Part shown: positions 22,565 to 35,462 of the stretch, one piece after another
How the letters are laid out: each line of letters begins with the position of its first letter
Numbering within the stretch: the stretch's first letter is position 1
DNA from: Pelomyxa schiedti
Lineage: Eukaryota; Protista; Evosea
Assembly (NCBI GenBank): GCA_020536535.1
Contig: JAHLWZ010000171.1
Coordinates: forward strand, 62,001-126,000
Reading direction: 5' to 3'
DNA: 64,000 bases
Notes under the pieces: generated by a model
What the model was told of the DNA's origin: nothing
Seen by the model: the letters and a program-made list of their open reading frames with translations, nothing else
The model's database searches: none
Made by a program: the position numbers and the translations under genes

Positions 22565-24335
22565 TTAGTTGTAAAGGAGGTATTTCTTCCTGAGGGACAT
22601 GAAAGCGGTGAGATCTGACTGCCATGACTGAGCGATCTCATTTACACTTTTTGTCCATATCTGATGTTATGTTAGAGGCAGTAGACTACCACGGCGCAAA
22701 CCAGTTCATGGAAATTCTCAATTCCGGTTTTTGTATCGATACTATCATCGATGGTAACATTGGTAGGATATAGGCTCAAGTAGGCTTTTAGAACAACCAT
22801 TGCCGTACGAACAGCATCGAATTCAATTGATGATATATCTTTGGTTTTGGGGGAAGTAACAAGTTTTAAATTAGAAATCCCAGAATTTGGGGTACTAACA
22901 TGTTTGCACTCCACCACATTGAATATTCGTCCATTTGCTGAATGTGGGAATGAAATATGCACTCCTTAACACGGTGAGGGGAGAAAAATTAGAGCCATGC
23001 CATTGTGTACCTGAAAAGTGTTCCTGGAAGGGATTCTGAAAGGAGTAATTGGTACAAGTCATTGTTTTGAACAGGATCCGATGTGCATGGGTCACCAATT
23101 ATCTCAAATGGTCTTGTCGTACCTCTACCCTCAGAGATATCTTGATACTTTTGTCAGTCTTTCACTAGGGCACACCAGGTATTAAACCAGTATCTTCAAA
23201 AATTCCAAAACCAGGATACACTTTAGCAGTATCAAGTGTTGGCATATTGGGTGATGGGAGAACCCATGGCCTGCCTTGTTGCAGTTGATAAAATCGTCAT
23301 TGGTATTTAAAATAGAAGATGCTCACCCAGAGATTCCCACTTGGCATCTCGCGTGTACTCTGGGATTTTGACTACAATAAGGTTTGCCTAAATCATACTT
23401 AAAACATGAGAAAAAAGGAAAAGGTCAACCCAACCTTCTGACTTGTCCAAGCCTCGTTAACAAGATATGCGACTTCGCCAACAGTCATACCATGTCTTGT
23501 GGCTACACCCCACGGTTGGTCAGGCCACTTTCTGCCAATGAGACCACAATCCATAGTATTGGGAGGCCCTTGCACCACATTGGCGCCAATGGGATTGGGC
23601 CTGTCTAGAACAACAAAAGTTTTGTTATTTTTCCCAGCAGCTTCCTACATTAGTTTTGCATGACTTTGGACAGGAGAGCAAGTAAATAAATGTACCATGC
23701 AATATGTCATTGTCCAAATATATGTATAAAAGCGAGTGCCAATATCTTGTATGTCAAATAAGAGGGCATCAAGTGGGGCCAGCTGCTCGTCGGTTGGAGC
23801 ATACCTCTCGCCATACACACTGTAAACCCACCTGTGGAAGATAAGTTCAGAGTTACACCCAGCTTTGAGCAAGAAGGATAATCTGCCTTTGGGTAAGGGG
23901 GTCGATGTAGTCATCAACTTCTTGTCCAGCTTGCCTATCACCCCTCAGGCCATGCTCTGGAGCAAAGAAGCAACTTACATTGAACTTATTGGATGTATTG
24001 AGTGTCAGCAAGTCCGGCAAGAAGTTCATTTCTACAAAACCACTTTTAATAGGCGTGTTGCCAACAGTGGGTTTTTATAATTTCTATCCAGTTCAACATG
24101 TTTCCCCACAGGCCCATAATCAAGGAGGCACCCATAATAACACAAACGCAGTGCACTCACCCACAATTACATACTACCCACTTTCATCGACCGACGTTGG
24201 GTTGGTGACAAAGCCGACCTGCATTCCGGCCAATATTACTTCCAATTGGGCGACTTGCTGCTCCACGGGGGTCAGTCCTAACACAAGCCCCGCCGCGACC
24301 ACAGCACCCACCACAACCAAACCAACGTGCACCAT
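22565..24335 (-). CDS. namZ: Secreted exo-beta-N-acetylmuramidase, NamZ/YbbC (DUF1343) family, multi-exon
   Basis: Signal-like [20 protein letters not shown]; [10 protein letters not shown]; FAPEHGLRG; [16 protein letters not shown]; VLDRPNPIG; RHGMTVGE; WVLPSPNMP; [11 protein letters not shown]; C-terminus [20 protein letters not shown]. Confidence 0.92.
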
Positions 24336-24451
24336 CACTCCTTTGCGTTTGTGAGAGGAAAATCAGCGTCGGCTAAAAAGAGCAAAGAAATTCAACCCGT
24401 AAGGGGTTCTGACCGATACAGTCGCTTGGTAGTAATTAGAGATAGATACTG

Positions 24452-27400
24452 TTACATCTTGTGGCGGCTTTTTTGTGGTGTTGAGGAGGTTGGTGAGGGC
24501 TCGCCAGGGGTGGGCGATGGCTCAGCCCGTGGCTTGCGGAGTAATGAGAGCTGGTACAGTGTTTTATCGGGGAGTGAGGGGAGCTCCTGAAGAAAAGTGT
24601 GGAGGGGCTCCACTATCGGGAACGTGTAGGTCTGGTGCTGTCTCTGCTGTATAAGCGATAATACGTTGTAGACCAGTATCCGCTTGTCAAAGTTGATCAT
24701 ATTGTCAATTGTGTCTGGGTTGCCTGCGTAATTTGGTAGTTTGAGTGACAAGGAGAAACGTAGGGGAAAATTGCCGGGCGTTCACCTTCGTCGATGAATG
24801 TAAGGTCAGAGAGGTAGACACCCCTTTTAGTGAATACGTTTGAGGGTGGGAATAACAATGTTGGGAACTTACAGGAAGGGCAATGCCACGCTATCAAGAT
24901 TGGCCAGCAAATCCAGGCGATAATTCTTAAATGAGCTCGAGATATCCATTAGGGTTTCTATGTTTTTCCACGTTTTTGATTTCTCTTTTCCAAGGGCAGA
25001 GTTCAACTTTAGGCGTATGACGCTACCACAATTGAGACCCGCAATAAACGCCATTAATGTGTGGTAGTTACTGAGCCTTTTGATTTCCTGCTGGCGGTTA
25101 GTATTTTGTGGTGCATAGTTATTTTTAAAGAAAGGAAAAGAAAGTACCAGCGCAATATTGACAAGTTTCACGTAGATTGAATTTCTAGTATAACTATCAC
25201 TGCCAGTAAGAATGAGTTGAGCCAACCAGTGGGAAAGTTTGTCACAGCGAGTTAACATGTGGATCACATTTGGTGCCCTATGCTGCAATTTTGGCTTATT
25301 CCATGCCAAATCAAGAAGCTCTCTAGGCTATTTACAGTTATTTGCGAATTGGTATAGACTCGTATTTACCCGTATGGCACAAAAGATAGTGGCGTCGATG
25401 AGAGTAAGTTGACGGGCAATTTCAAGTGGGTTAATTGACATGAAGTAAACTACAGGTGAAATACGTTCTTCGGGAATCTTGATTGCAGGGTTGGTGAGAC
25501 TGGGTTGAAGATGAAGTGCATACAATTATATGGAATGGGGGAATTAAAAGTGAGTTAATCTTCAATTCTCTGGCATGCCTTCTTCTCTTGAGCTCCGATT
25601 CTAACAAAAAGACAGCAGGTCCCCATCCATCCTTTTGAGTTGATTCTATGAATGACTCCATCCTTTTCTGGAACTGAGGAAAACGCTAAATTTGGAGGAA
25701 GTACTTAATGAGAACAGTCTCATCGAGCACATCAAATTGGAGTTCCACCATGTGCTTGAGGAAGATGATTACCCTCATTTGAATAGTACGTGCTTCTTCG
25801 GTAGAAACAGAGGCAGGGGCAGCGTACCTGTGCCAATTGAGGAAACAAAAATGAATGCATTAACTATGTACCGTTCCAATAGCTTATCTAGCAACTTGGA
25901 GGGGGTGGTGAAAGACAAGCAAGTTGAAGCAAATGTCTTCAGAAATGCGATGTCTGTTACCATAAGTTATGGTGTTGAGAGTGAGGTGCTCACCAAGGGT
26001 AGTACTAGAGGTGACACACTCTACAAGTTTGTTCAGACTAGCCGCTCTAATTTTATTTTCTGCGTTATAAATGTATTTTTTTCCTGAAGTAATCTCGGTC
26101 CAAAGAGGTGTATCATCTATTATCGGAAGGCAAGCAGAAGAACCCATCTTTGCTAACGACAATTAAAAGGCATGCTCCAAACGAATTCATACCCAGTTTG
26201 TGTTGCATTTTTAGTGCAAGTACAGTTTCCACACAAGTAGCAAGGTCGGTGAGGGTTTGAGCAAGGGCAGGTGTAATGGCCATGATTTCAAGCAAATGGA
26301 GTGTACATGGAGAACTGTTGCAAATAGAGCTAATTACAGACAATAGTTCACACAGAAGGACTCTATATCCCATTCACCGTCTGAACTTAATGTGCATAAA
26401 GTTACCTTACACTATTACAAAGATTGAAACACTGCAGTTCAAAGTCTCCCTCAACTACCTGCGATATGTCTTCATTTGCGACCCCTGTAAGTGTAACGGC
26501 ATTTAAGTTTTTCATTACTTCCTCAAAAAGCTGCATTGGAAATGAGGTAGAATAAGATGTGCTTGGACAACCAACCTCTTTCATGAATGGGAAATCAGGG
26601 TCTTTTGACTCTTGAGAAACTCTAGAAAAGCAGAGCATCATTATGTCTAGAAGGATTTTGTAGGCTGCAGTGAGCACACGGAAAAACTACAAACTTTAAG
26701 GAATTGTTCAAAAATGAGACTTTCCAGGTATTACTTACTTCTCCATGGCTTGCCTTCTTTTTTGTGGAAACAAATGCAGTTGAATGGACAAGAGTAGTAA
26801 GAATGAGATCCCCAAAAACGGCTACACAAGATTCAATTAAATTGGCACAAGACAGTTAAGATAAGAAAGACCTGAAGCAGTGGTAAGCTCGTCTTCAGCA
26901 TGTTCTCTCTCAGCTGCTGTTTTGACTTCAGCCTCCGTTGATGGGACTGAGGAATTAAGATGGTTGAGTTACACTAAGGCACACACCAGAGCAAGCCTCT
27001 GCTTGGGAAAATGTCACCCGTCTCCCGATTTTCTGTCTTTTAATCTTGTTATTTAAGTGAGGGTGGTAGAAAGCACACCTTAATAAGATTTGTTGAAAGT
27101 CATTGGTGTGGTTTATGTTGTTGGAGCGAAGTGATGCGAGTGTATTCAAGTCACTGAGGAAACATGATCAGAGTTAGGTTTATAATCGGGGCATACTCAA
27201 ATGACTTGGCAGTTGTTAAACGTTTTGCTATTGGCCGTGTGTCACTATCTTCAGATTCCGAGCTCAACTCCTTCCCAGGCTTTAAATGAGCTGGCTGACC
27301 CCTTTTCTATAATGACGTTACATAACATAGACGCCAAAATGTGAATTACATCAGAAGCAGAAGAGAGAGCATCGGCAAGTATGGCAAGTAAATTGTCTTT

Positions 27401-29463
27401 TTCCGGAGGAGCCAGGTGGTCCAGACCTTCAGCAAGAGTAGGAATTGATTCTCTCAATGTTTCGAGCAACTAACTCATCCTTAAAGATTTCAAAATGGTG
27501 CTCATTTTACTTGTGATGACATTTGCACCATCCTTGGTTGGGTTGGTGTGCCATGGACCTATTTTTGTTTTTTTTATTTCGAAAAGAGGTAACAAATTGA
27601 GCATACATGTGCCTTGTGAGAGTGCCTGTGGTGACTCTAGATTTATTTAAGTAGGGATAAAGAAATTAATTCAATAAACTCGAGACGGGGGAAATACCCG
27701 TGTGTGCTGGGGTGTGCCAAAATTGCCTTCAGCTTCCTGCAAACTTTTAGTAAAACCAAATAGGGAGTGAGAGCCAACACACTGCCGTGATAACAGGCAC
27801 ACTTTCATGAGAGGTTGAACTTTCCAGTGTGGTGCCTTCGATCACGTTTGTGGGAATACTTAATAAACTAGGGTACATGGGAGAAGTTCGTGATTAAGGG
27901 TAGCAGTAGTGACATCCAAGAGCTGAATTGTAGCTTCTGAAGCAGCACGTAGAGTCTCCAGATCAGTCAGTTCAGAGGAGTTCTGGATTGGAGTTAGAAT
28001 GTCTCGATGTAATGGGAAGAAATGCTTCTTTGATACCATTAAGGAGAGTTTAGCAATATTAACAGTGGCAATGCACTGCTGCTGAAGCCTTTTCGGGGTA
28101 AAGCGTTAAAAGTGAAACATGAAAAGAAAGGGGTGATACTGATCTGCTAGATGCTTTTGATTTTTAGAGGTAAGGAGACTGGCTAAGCTTCTTGCACTTG
28201 CCAAAAACTCAGTCTCTAAACTACAAAACCTCTTGGTATCATTGTTCGTTGTTGCGTCATATAAACTGTCTATTATCTGTATTAGCTGCCTCTTGATTTG
28301 AGATGCCATCTGGCAATCCTGTCTCAACAGAAATGAGCGACATTGTTAAAGTCTTTTTTTTGTTGCCCAACCTGTAACACTGTTTGATAGCTGCCAGTTT
28401 TTTCCATAACATGCTTGAGCCCGTTCGAAAAAAAACTCAAGCTAGTTTGGAGTTGCTGCCTTGCTACAAAATCGTTCTGGTTCGTATGGAAATACTAAAT
28501 AATTGACTTGGTTAAAGAAACGATTAAGGGGAAAAAAAACAAAAAGCAAACCATGGCTTTGGAAATGAAATCTGATGCCAGTGGTAATAGAACCTCACAA
28601 GCTTGGAAAAAAATGCAACTCGAGGAGTTACTTGAATACAACATTAGAGGGCACTAATATAAATACACAGAGAGATACGCCATTGAAGCTTTCAAAGCAC
28701 TCTCAATCAGAGAACGTGTGTCGGCCTCAAGCCTACTCCCAGCACTGCGAACAGTCATATCACTTTCATTTTCCGCCGAAACCAATTGCTTGAGTGACTT
28801 GCTGCTGACCAAAAGGTACTTGGCACCCCTCAGAACTTCCTCAATTGCAACCGGATGAGGACTCACAGATGGAGATGGGATCGATGCAGAGGCCGATCTT
28901 GGGGACAGGGCATTATTGGGGGTGGCAGAATCCAGAGACCCCCGAATTGTCCCATAATCGACAACCGTCCGCAGGCCCGACGCAGAAATTCCGCTGTTCC
29001 CCTCGTCCGACGCCGAGAGGGTCGGAGAGACGGCGAAGCCGGCGCCCAGCGCACTCACGTCGCCGCCCGAATTGAGGTACGACGCCAGCATGGCCAGGCT
29101 GGAGGACTCGGGCGCCCAGTTTCCGCTGCGGCGCTTGGTCGCCTGCGGGGGCCTGGCCGCCGTCGGCATGGCTGTGACGGTGCCGCTGCGGCGCCTCGTT
29201 TGCGGCACGGACCCAACGCTGGGAGTGGGCGACGGCGAGGGCGAGGGCGGGGGCGGGGGAAGCCGAGGGTCGCTGCCGCCAGGCGCCGTGGTGGGAGACG
29301 CCGAAGTAGGGCCCCGCAGAGAACTTGTTGTAGTCGTGGTTGTGGGCGTTGGGGGTGGTGGTGTGCTGCTGGGAGGAACGGGGATCGAGGAGTCTTGCTG
29401 TTGGGGCCCTGCTGTTGTGGTGTCGGGGGTGTGGGCCACCCCGCTGCTAGTACGGCGGTGCAT
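24452..29463 (-). CDS. Ras guanine nucleotide exchange factor (REM + CDC25 domains) with long N-terminal region
   Basis: KIRAASLNKLVE, FTTPSKLLDKLLERY, PLEIARQLTLID, NYHTLMAFIAGLN, LPFLGVYLSDLTFIDEGNPD..MINFDKR. Confidence 0.9.
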
Positions 29464-29803
29464 CTTGGCGAGAATTCCGTTAGGGGAATATCGGTGCTGA
29501 GACTCTTTTTGCCTTTCGCAATCCCTTGTGGGGACACACTGCACAGGTTTGGGTCTTCCAGGAAGGGGGGAGCTAAAAGCATCACAGCCTGCAAGAGAGG
29601 GACCAGACTGGGGCCTCAAGCTGGTTGATCACGGCGGTTGTGGCTCTGGACCAAGTTGGGACTGGAGTTTGTGGGTGTGTTCCACCCGACAACAAATCGC
29701 ACAATTATCTTTTTCTCGGCCTTTGCTTACTTGGGGTTATGGACGGCCATCAGTCTAATCCACGGCTTGTTTAGTCTTTTCCACGTTTTTTCCACTCTCA
29801 CGC

Positions 29804-31424
29804 ATGCGTCGTCTCGGCTTCCTCCTCGCGCTACTTCTCCTCGGGCTTCTCCTTCCGGGGCCCGCCGCAGCCACCACCATCACCCTCAGCGGGACCTCCA
29901 TCAGCGTGGCCGGCACCGGCGTCTCGGTGCAGGGCACCGTCGCTACCGTCACTGCCTCGGGCACCTACGTCGTCAGCGGCACCCTCAGCGACGGCCAGCT
30001 CGTCGTCGCGGCCTCCTCGGTCGTGCTGTCCCTCAGCGGCGCATCCATCAAGTGCTCCACGGGCAGCCCCGTGCTCGTCAACCAGTCGTCGGGCTCCACG
30101 ACGGTCTCGCTCGCCTCAGGCTCTATAAATACCCTCAGTGATGGATTCGAGTACGCGAATCCGGACGACGACCCAAATGCGGCTCTGTTCTCAAAGAACT
30201 CATTGACTATTTCCGGACCGGGGAAGCTTATTGTGTATGGGAACTACCAGGACGGAATCACTAGTAAGGATGGCTTAGTTGTGAATGGTGGTGCTGTAAT
30301 TAACGTGATAGCGGTGGATGACGCTGTCAGAGGGAAGGACTACTTGCTGGTGCAGGGGAATGAAACTGTCATTGAAGCTCTGGCTGGAACAGGAGTGGGC
30401 CTCAAGTCGGATAACTCGGCTTCTGGTCAGGTAACTGTCCAAGATGGCACGATTATCATAGACGCAGGCAGCCATGCTATAGAAGCTTCCACAGGTGTGA
30501 TTGTACAAGGTGGAATTCTCACCCTTTCGGCACAAGGCAGCGGTATATACGGTACATCTAGTGTCACTGTTGATGGCGGGGTCTTTGAAATTGAATCCAA
30601 TGACCACGGTATCCACTCTCCTGGCACGGTTTCAATCAATGACGGTTCCTTCGAAATAATAACCGGGGATGATGGTCTTCATGGAACAGGGATGGTGGAA
30701 ATCACGGGAGGCTATGTTAATATAATCTCTTGCATTGAGGGCATAGAAGGTCAAATAGTGGATATCTCTGGGGGTACTGTGAGAATCAAGTCCAGTGATG
30801 ATGGCATTAATTGTGCCTCGGACTCCGCAGAAAATAACTACTTCTACCTAGCGGGAAATGGTTACATATACATAGACAGCACTGGCGATGGTGTGGACTC
30901 TAATGGAAATATGGAAATGAGTGGGGGAACTCTCATTATTCACGGACCCACTACCTCTGAGTGTGGAGCTCTGGACTATGATATTGACTTTGCAATGAAC
31001 TCCGGGACAATGATCGGCTCCGGTATATTGTTAAAACCCTTTCTTTCTTCCAGTCACCATCCCTTTAGCCAGCTGTGGAATCGCAGAAACAGCCAGCGAA
31101 GCCTCTTCCCAGAATGCAATCCTTGTGGCACTTAGCTCTGTGCAGTCGGCCCACACCCTCTTCCACCTGCAGAGCAGTTCCGGGACCAACATTGTGACAT
31201 TTTCCCCAACCAAAGAGTGGCAGACCATGGCATTCTCTTCTTCCGGGCTTGTAAAGGGCACATCCTACGCCGTTTACTACGGTGGAACATGCACCGGCAG
31301 CCCAACTGACGGCCTCTACCCCTCTTCTTGTGTGTACTCCTCTGGCACCAAATTCACCACATTCACTCTCTCATCCACAATAACTGTCCTTGGTACCAAC
31401 TGTGTTCCCCAATTTGCGTACTAA
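29804..31424 (+). CDS. Secreted Cthe_2159-family (DUF4353) beta-helix carbohydrate-binding protein; one 46-nt intron (31023-31068)
   Basis: Signal peptide; VTVTASGTYVVSGTLSDGQLVV, NAALFSKNSLTISGPGKL, DGITSKDGL, DDAVRGKD, DDGLH, EGIEG, DDGIN, GDGVDSNG and GALDYD. Confidence 0.88.
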
Positions 31425-31519
31425 TAGATAAAAAAAACCTCTGGGAATCAATTCGTCAAAAAGGCGCGAAAGCGGTGACACTGGCATGGTGCTGGTATTA
31501 ATTCGCCTTGTCAAACGGA

Positions 31520-34500
31520 ATGGCAGCAGTTGCCTGCGTGCAGGAGCGAAGAGATGGTGTCGTAGAAAAGATAAATAAAATGGTGGAACATTGCGAGGCG
31601 TTGGCGTTGTGCGGGAGTGCAGTGGGTTCTGCATCTTCGTCATGTGTCAAGGATCTTCATCGTGAGGCCTTGAGAATGAGAGATCTTTTGGATTCTGCTC
31701 ACTCGAAAAAGACGGGGAACAAGGTGTCGCTGCAACGCGTATCCGCGGACGACGAGGCGTGGAATCTTGTTGACGACTTCGTTTCTCGTGCTGTTAAGTG
31801 TCTTGAGTTGCTACGAGCTAAAAAAGAGAGAAGCGAATCTCGGCTCATTCTGGAGCGCGCAGAAGTCAGGGAACTTGTCGCACGTACAAATGCACTGAAA
31901 ACGGCGGCATTGCGATTTGTGCACCACACAATCCCCTGTTCCGCATCCACAGCTACAGGAAAACACAATAGCTTTCAATTATCCTCTTCTACAAACAGTA
32001 ACCCTCCTCCATTACCACCTCGTGGACCAGGCTCGGGCGCCCAGTCGATAACCACACGCACTTCAACAGGAAGACCGCCTCAGTTGATGCCTGCATGTAG
32101 TTCTTCGCCGCCTGGTGGTAATTTTCCTAGCCAAATCCAGGCTTCATCTGCATGCGCCGTAATGAAAGCGAAAGAATTTGAAGCTTCAGCACAACAACTG
32201 GGATTTGACCCCACACCACTTCAACTCGCTGTTCTATATGGAAATGATCTGCAGGCAAGAGCATTACTTGATTCTGGGTCTGATCCAAATGAGACGGACA
32301 AGAGAGGCTGGACCGCGCTACATTACGCCGCCTCTTTCAACAGGTGACAGATTTCTTAGTAGTTAATACCTAAAAAGCATCTAGGTCTACAATTCTCAAG
32401 TTGTTAATCACTGGTTACAAGGGCAATTTAGATGTACAGAATGGTGAGCGACTTCTTCCAGTGCACGAAGCTGCACGGAATGGAAGTCTAGAAGCATTAC
32501 AAACGTTTCTGGAATGCGGATTTCCGAATTATCTGACAGCGTTTTCTGGTATCTGTCACAGTGCCATACCCGCAGACTAATGTACGAAGGTGATAAATAC
32601 CAACCATTACATTACGCAGTTATGGAGGGAAGACTGAATGTTATCCGCTTTCTACAAAATTTTGGCTATTCAGAAAAAGCACCTAAAACACCTCTTCATC
32701 TTGCTGCAACCCGAAACGAAGCTCATTCTGCACAAGAATTGATTCATAAGTTTCCAGTTGACACCAGAGACACTCTTGGTGTAACGCCTTTAATGGTTCC
32801 AACTCACCAACCAACCGTTTGTTAAATGACACACAGGAAGCAGCAATACAAGGAAATACAGAGATAACAAAACTTTTACTCTCAAAGGATGCGGATGCGA
32901 CTACTGTAGACCTTGCCGGAAAAACGCCTCTTCATTATGCTGCTGCGGGCGGAAATATTGCCACTGTTAATGCCCTTCTCGACACTGGGAAAGTGAATGT
33001 TGAAGCTGAGGATAAAGATGGTAGAACTCCAGTAGCTCACGCAGTATTACATAACAACGGTGATATGGTGCGCCACTTGGTGAACAGCAAACGTGTAAAT
33101 CCCAGCCATATTGATAAAGATGGCAACACTCCCTTAACTCTTGCTGCAGCAGTGGGTTGCACCCACGCTACATCTGCATTACTCGAATGCAATGGTAAAC
33201 ATTTCCAAATGCACTTGTTCACTTTTAACTATGTGTAGTATCTGCAAACGAAACCACGCAAGATGGCGTACCCGCCCTTCTCGTGGCCCTCGATTCTGAA
33301 TTCCCTGATGTAGCAGGTTTACTTCTCAAGAGTGGGGCCCAAGTTAACGTTTCCAATTCCGTCGGCCTGGTAGTTGTCCTCTTGCATTTCATAACTAAGC
33401 AAATATCTCAGACTCCTCTACATCTAGCGTCACAAAAAGGGTACTCCTTTCTAACAAAAGAGCTTATCAAGATGGGTGCCGTGGTTGATGCAAAAGATCC
33501 CTGTGGTCGTACAGCACTTCACTATGCCATCATTTCCAACCCGGATTGCGTTGCGATTCTTAAACGTGCCGGAGCTACTTTGTATACAAAAACGGATTCA
33601 GGAGTAACGCCTATCAACGAAAGGCTTAGTGTAGAAGCCGAAAAATCTATTCAAGTTGACAACTTCATGGAAAACATTAAAGCGTCATTTATCACAAGGG
33701 TCTCTGATGCTGAAATAGGTACGATTTTTCCAACTAAATAATGGTGTAACCTTTTCTACAGGTGCTATATCAGCCGGAACGAGTTTTGCTGATGGCCCTG
33801 GTCTTACATCTCCAATCCCACAGAAAACTCTACAGTCATTTACGATATTTGCTCGCGATTCAAATAGTAATTTCTGCAAGGAGTGTAATGCCAATGTGAC
33901 TGTGACCTTCACCAATGGGACTCCACTTACAAATCCCTCGGTGGGCGCTAATTGTATTGCCTCCTGCTCCACAAGTGCGACAAAGACTTACGACTCCTTT
34001 TTCAATCCATCTGTGATGCACATGAGCTTACAAGCTTGTGGTGACGGAACCTGGGCAGTAAGCTACAAGTTAGAGATTGGGGGCACTTTTTCTATTGGTG
34101 TATATGTCAATAATCAACATATTGCCGACTCCCCATACACAGTCAGTGCAATCAACAGAGTGCAACTGAATCCCCCATGCGTGACACGGGTAATAGAGCC
34201 ACCACCCTCGCGACTACCTGAGACTACAACTCAGTGGTTGAGAAGCAGAGGTGTTGGATGTGTTGACATTGCTCTTGCATGCGATGCTACCTACTCAATG
34301 GACTCTGCTATTGATGTCTGCAAACACCGCATGTTAGATGTTATAGCTGCAGTTCAAGGAGATAATGCTGGATTGGTGGATGTTGTAAGACTTGCTTTGT
34401 GTTTCTACCGGGACCACCCACCACAAGACCGCACTTTTGTTACCAGACAGTGGGATTTCACTGAAGATCATAGGGGGATACAATCACAGATTATGTCAAT

Positions 34501-35368
34501 GAATGCCATTGGTATAACACAGACTCTGTACCTTAACTAACATGCTGTAATAGGTGGTGGGGATTATCCAGAGGCCCTTGAAGACGCACTGCATGTGCTG
34601 AACGATATGAGCTGGAATCCTCATGCCATCAAGGTAGCTGTTGTCATAGGGGATGCTCCACCTCACGGAGTTGGGGATGAAAAAGATGCCTTTCCAGAAG
34701 GTATTGAGTCACAATGTCGCTTTACGTGATGTTGTTTCTTAGGATGCCCATGTGGTTACGATTTCATGATCGAAGCAGAACGACTGAAGAACAGAGGTGT
34801 AACAGTCAATACAGTAATGGTAGCTAGTGGCGAGCCATCTCTTGCATACTCCTTCTCTGCTCTAGCAAGCACTACTGGCGGAAGGTGCCTGAGAATTGAG
34901 GATTCCATCAGTCTCGTTCAATGCATTAAATGCCAAGTGGAGGTAGGCATCTAATAGCATAAATTGCACTACTGTACTCACGTGGCAACGCAGGCCGCAC
35001 TCGATTTCCGAATTCTACAAGAGAAAATAACCGACATTGTTGTCACTGATGCGGCAACAACCCAGAAGCCAGGTGCTACCTCCAGGCTTTCCTTCTCGCA
35101 AAGAGCCGAGTGGTTGTCACAGAAGCTTGCTCAAGAGCATTTCACTGTTAGGAAAATCCGAATAGGAGGCGGAGGTGTACTTGACCTCACACCGTCTTCC
35201 GTCACCTCCGCAGACGTAACAACAGCTTTGTTCTCCCTTAGGCAGCATGCACACCAGCTTTCTGTGCTCTCATCCCGTTCCACTGCAACACCACAAGTCC
35301 CTACAGTAAGACTAGAGGATACTGCCCGGTATGAGTTTGTCACCCGCTATGTTGGCCTGGACAAATGA
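31520..35368 (+). CDS. Ankyrin-repeat + filamin/Ig-like + von Willebrand A domain protein
   Basis: Many ankyrin motifs (GWTALHYAA, GKTPLHYAA, GNTPLTLAA); filamin-like DGTWAVSY..GTFSIGVYVNNQHIADSPYTV; VWA DIALACDATYSM, YRDHPPQD, GGGDYPEAL and IGDAPPHG. Confidence 0.88.
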
Positions 35369-35462
35369 AAGGCTCACCAAAAAGGAAATAAGACTTCGAT
35401 TTTTTTTTCAAGTAATTGATCAGTCGAAACAGGCGTTGGTGACTGTTGAAAAGCCACGGGCA

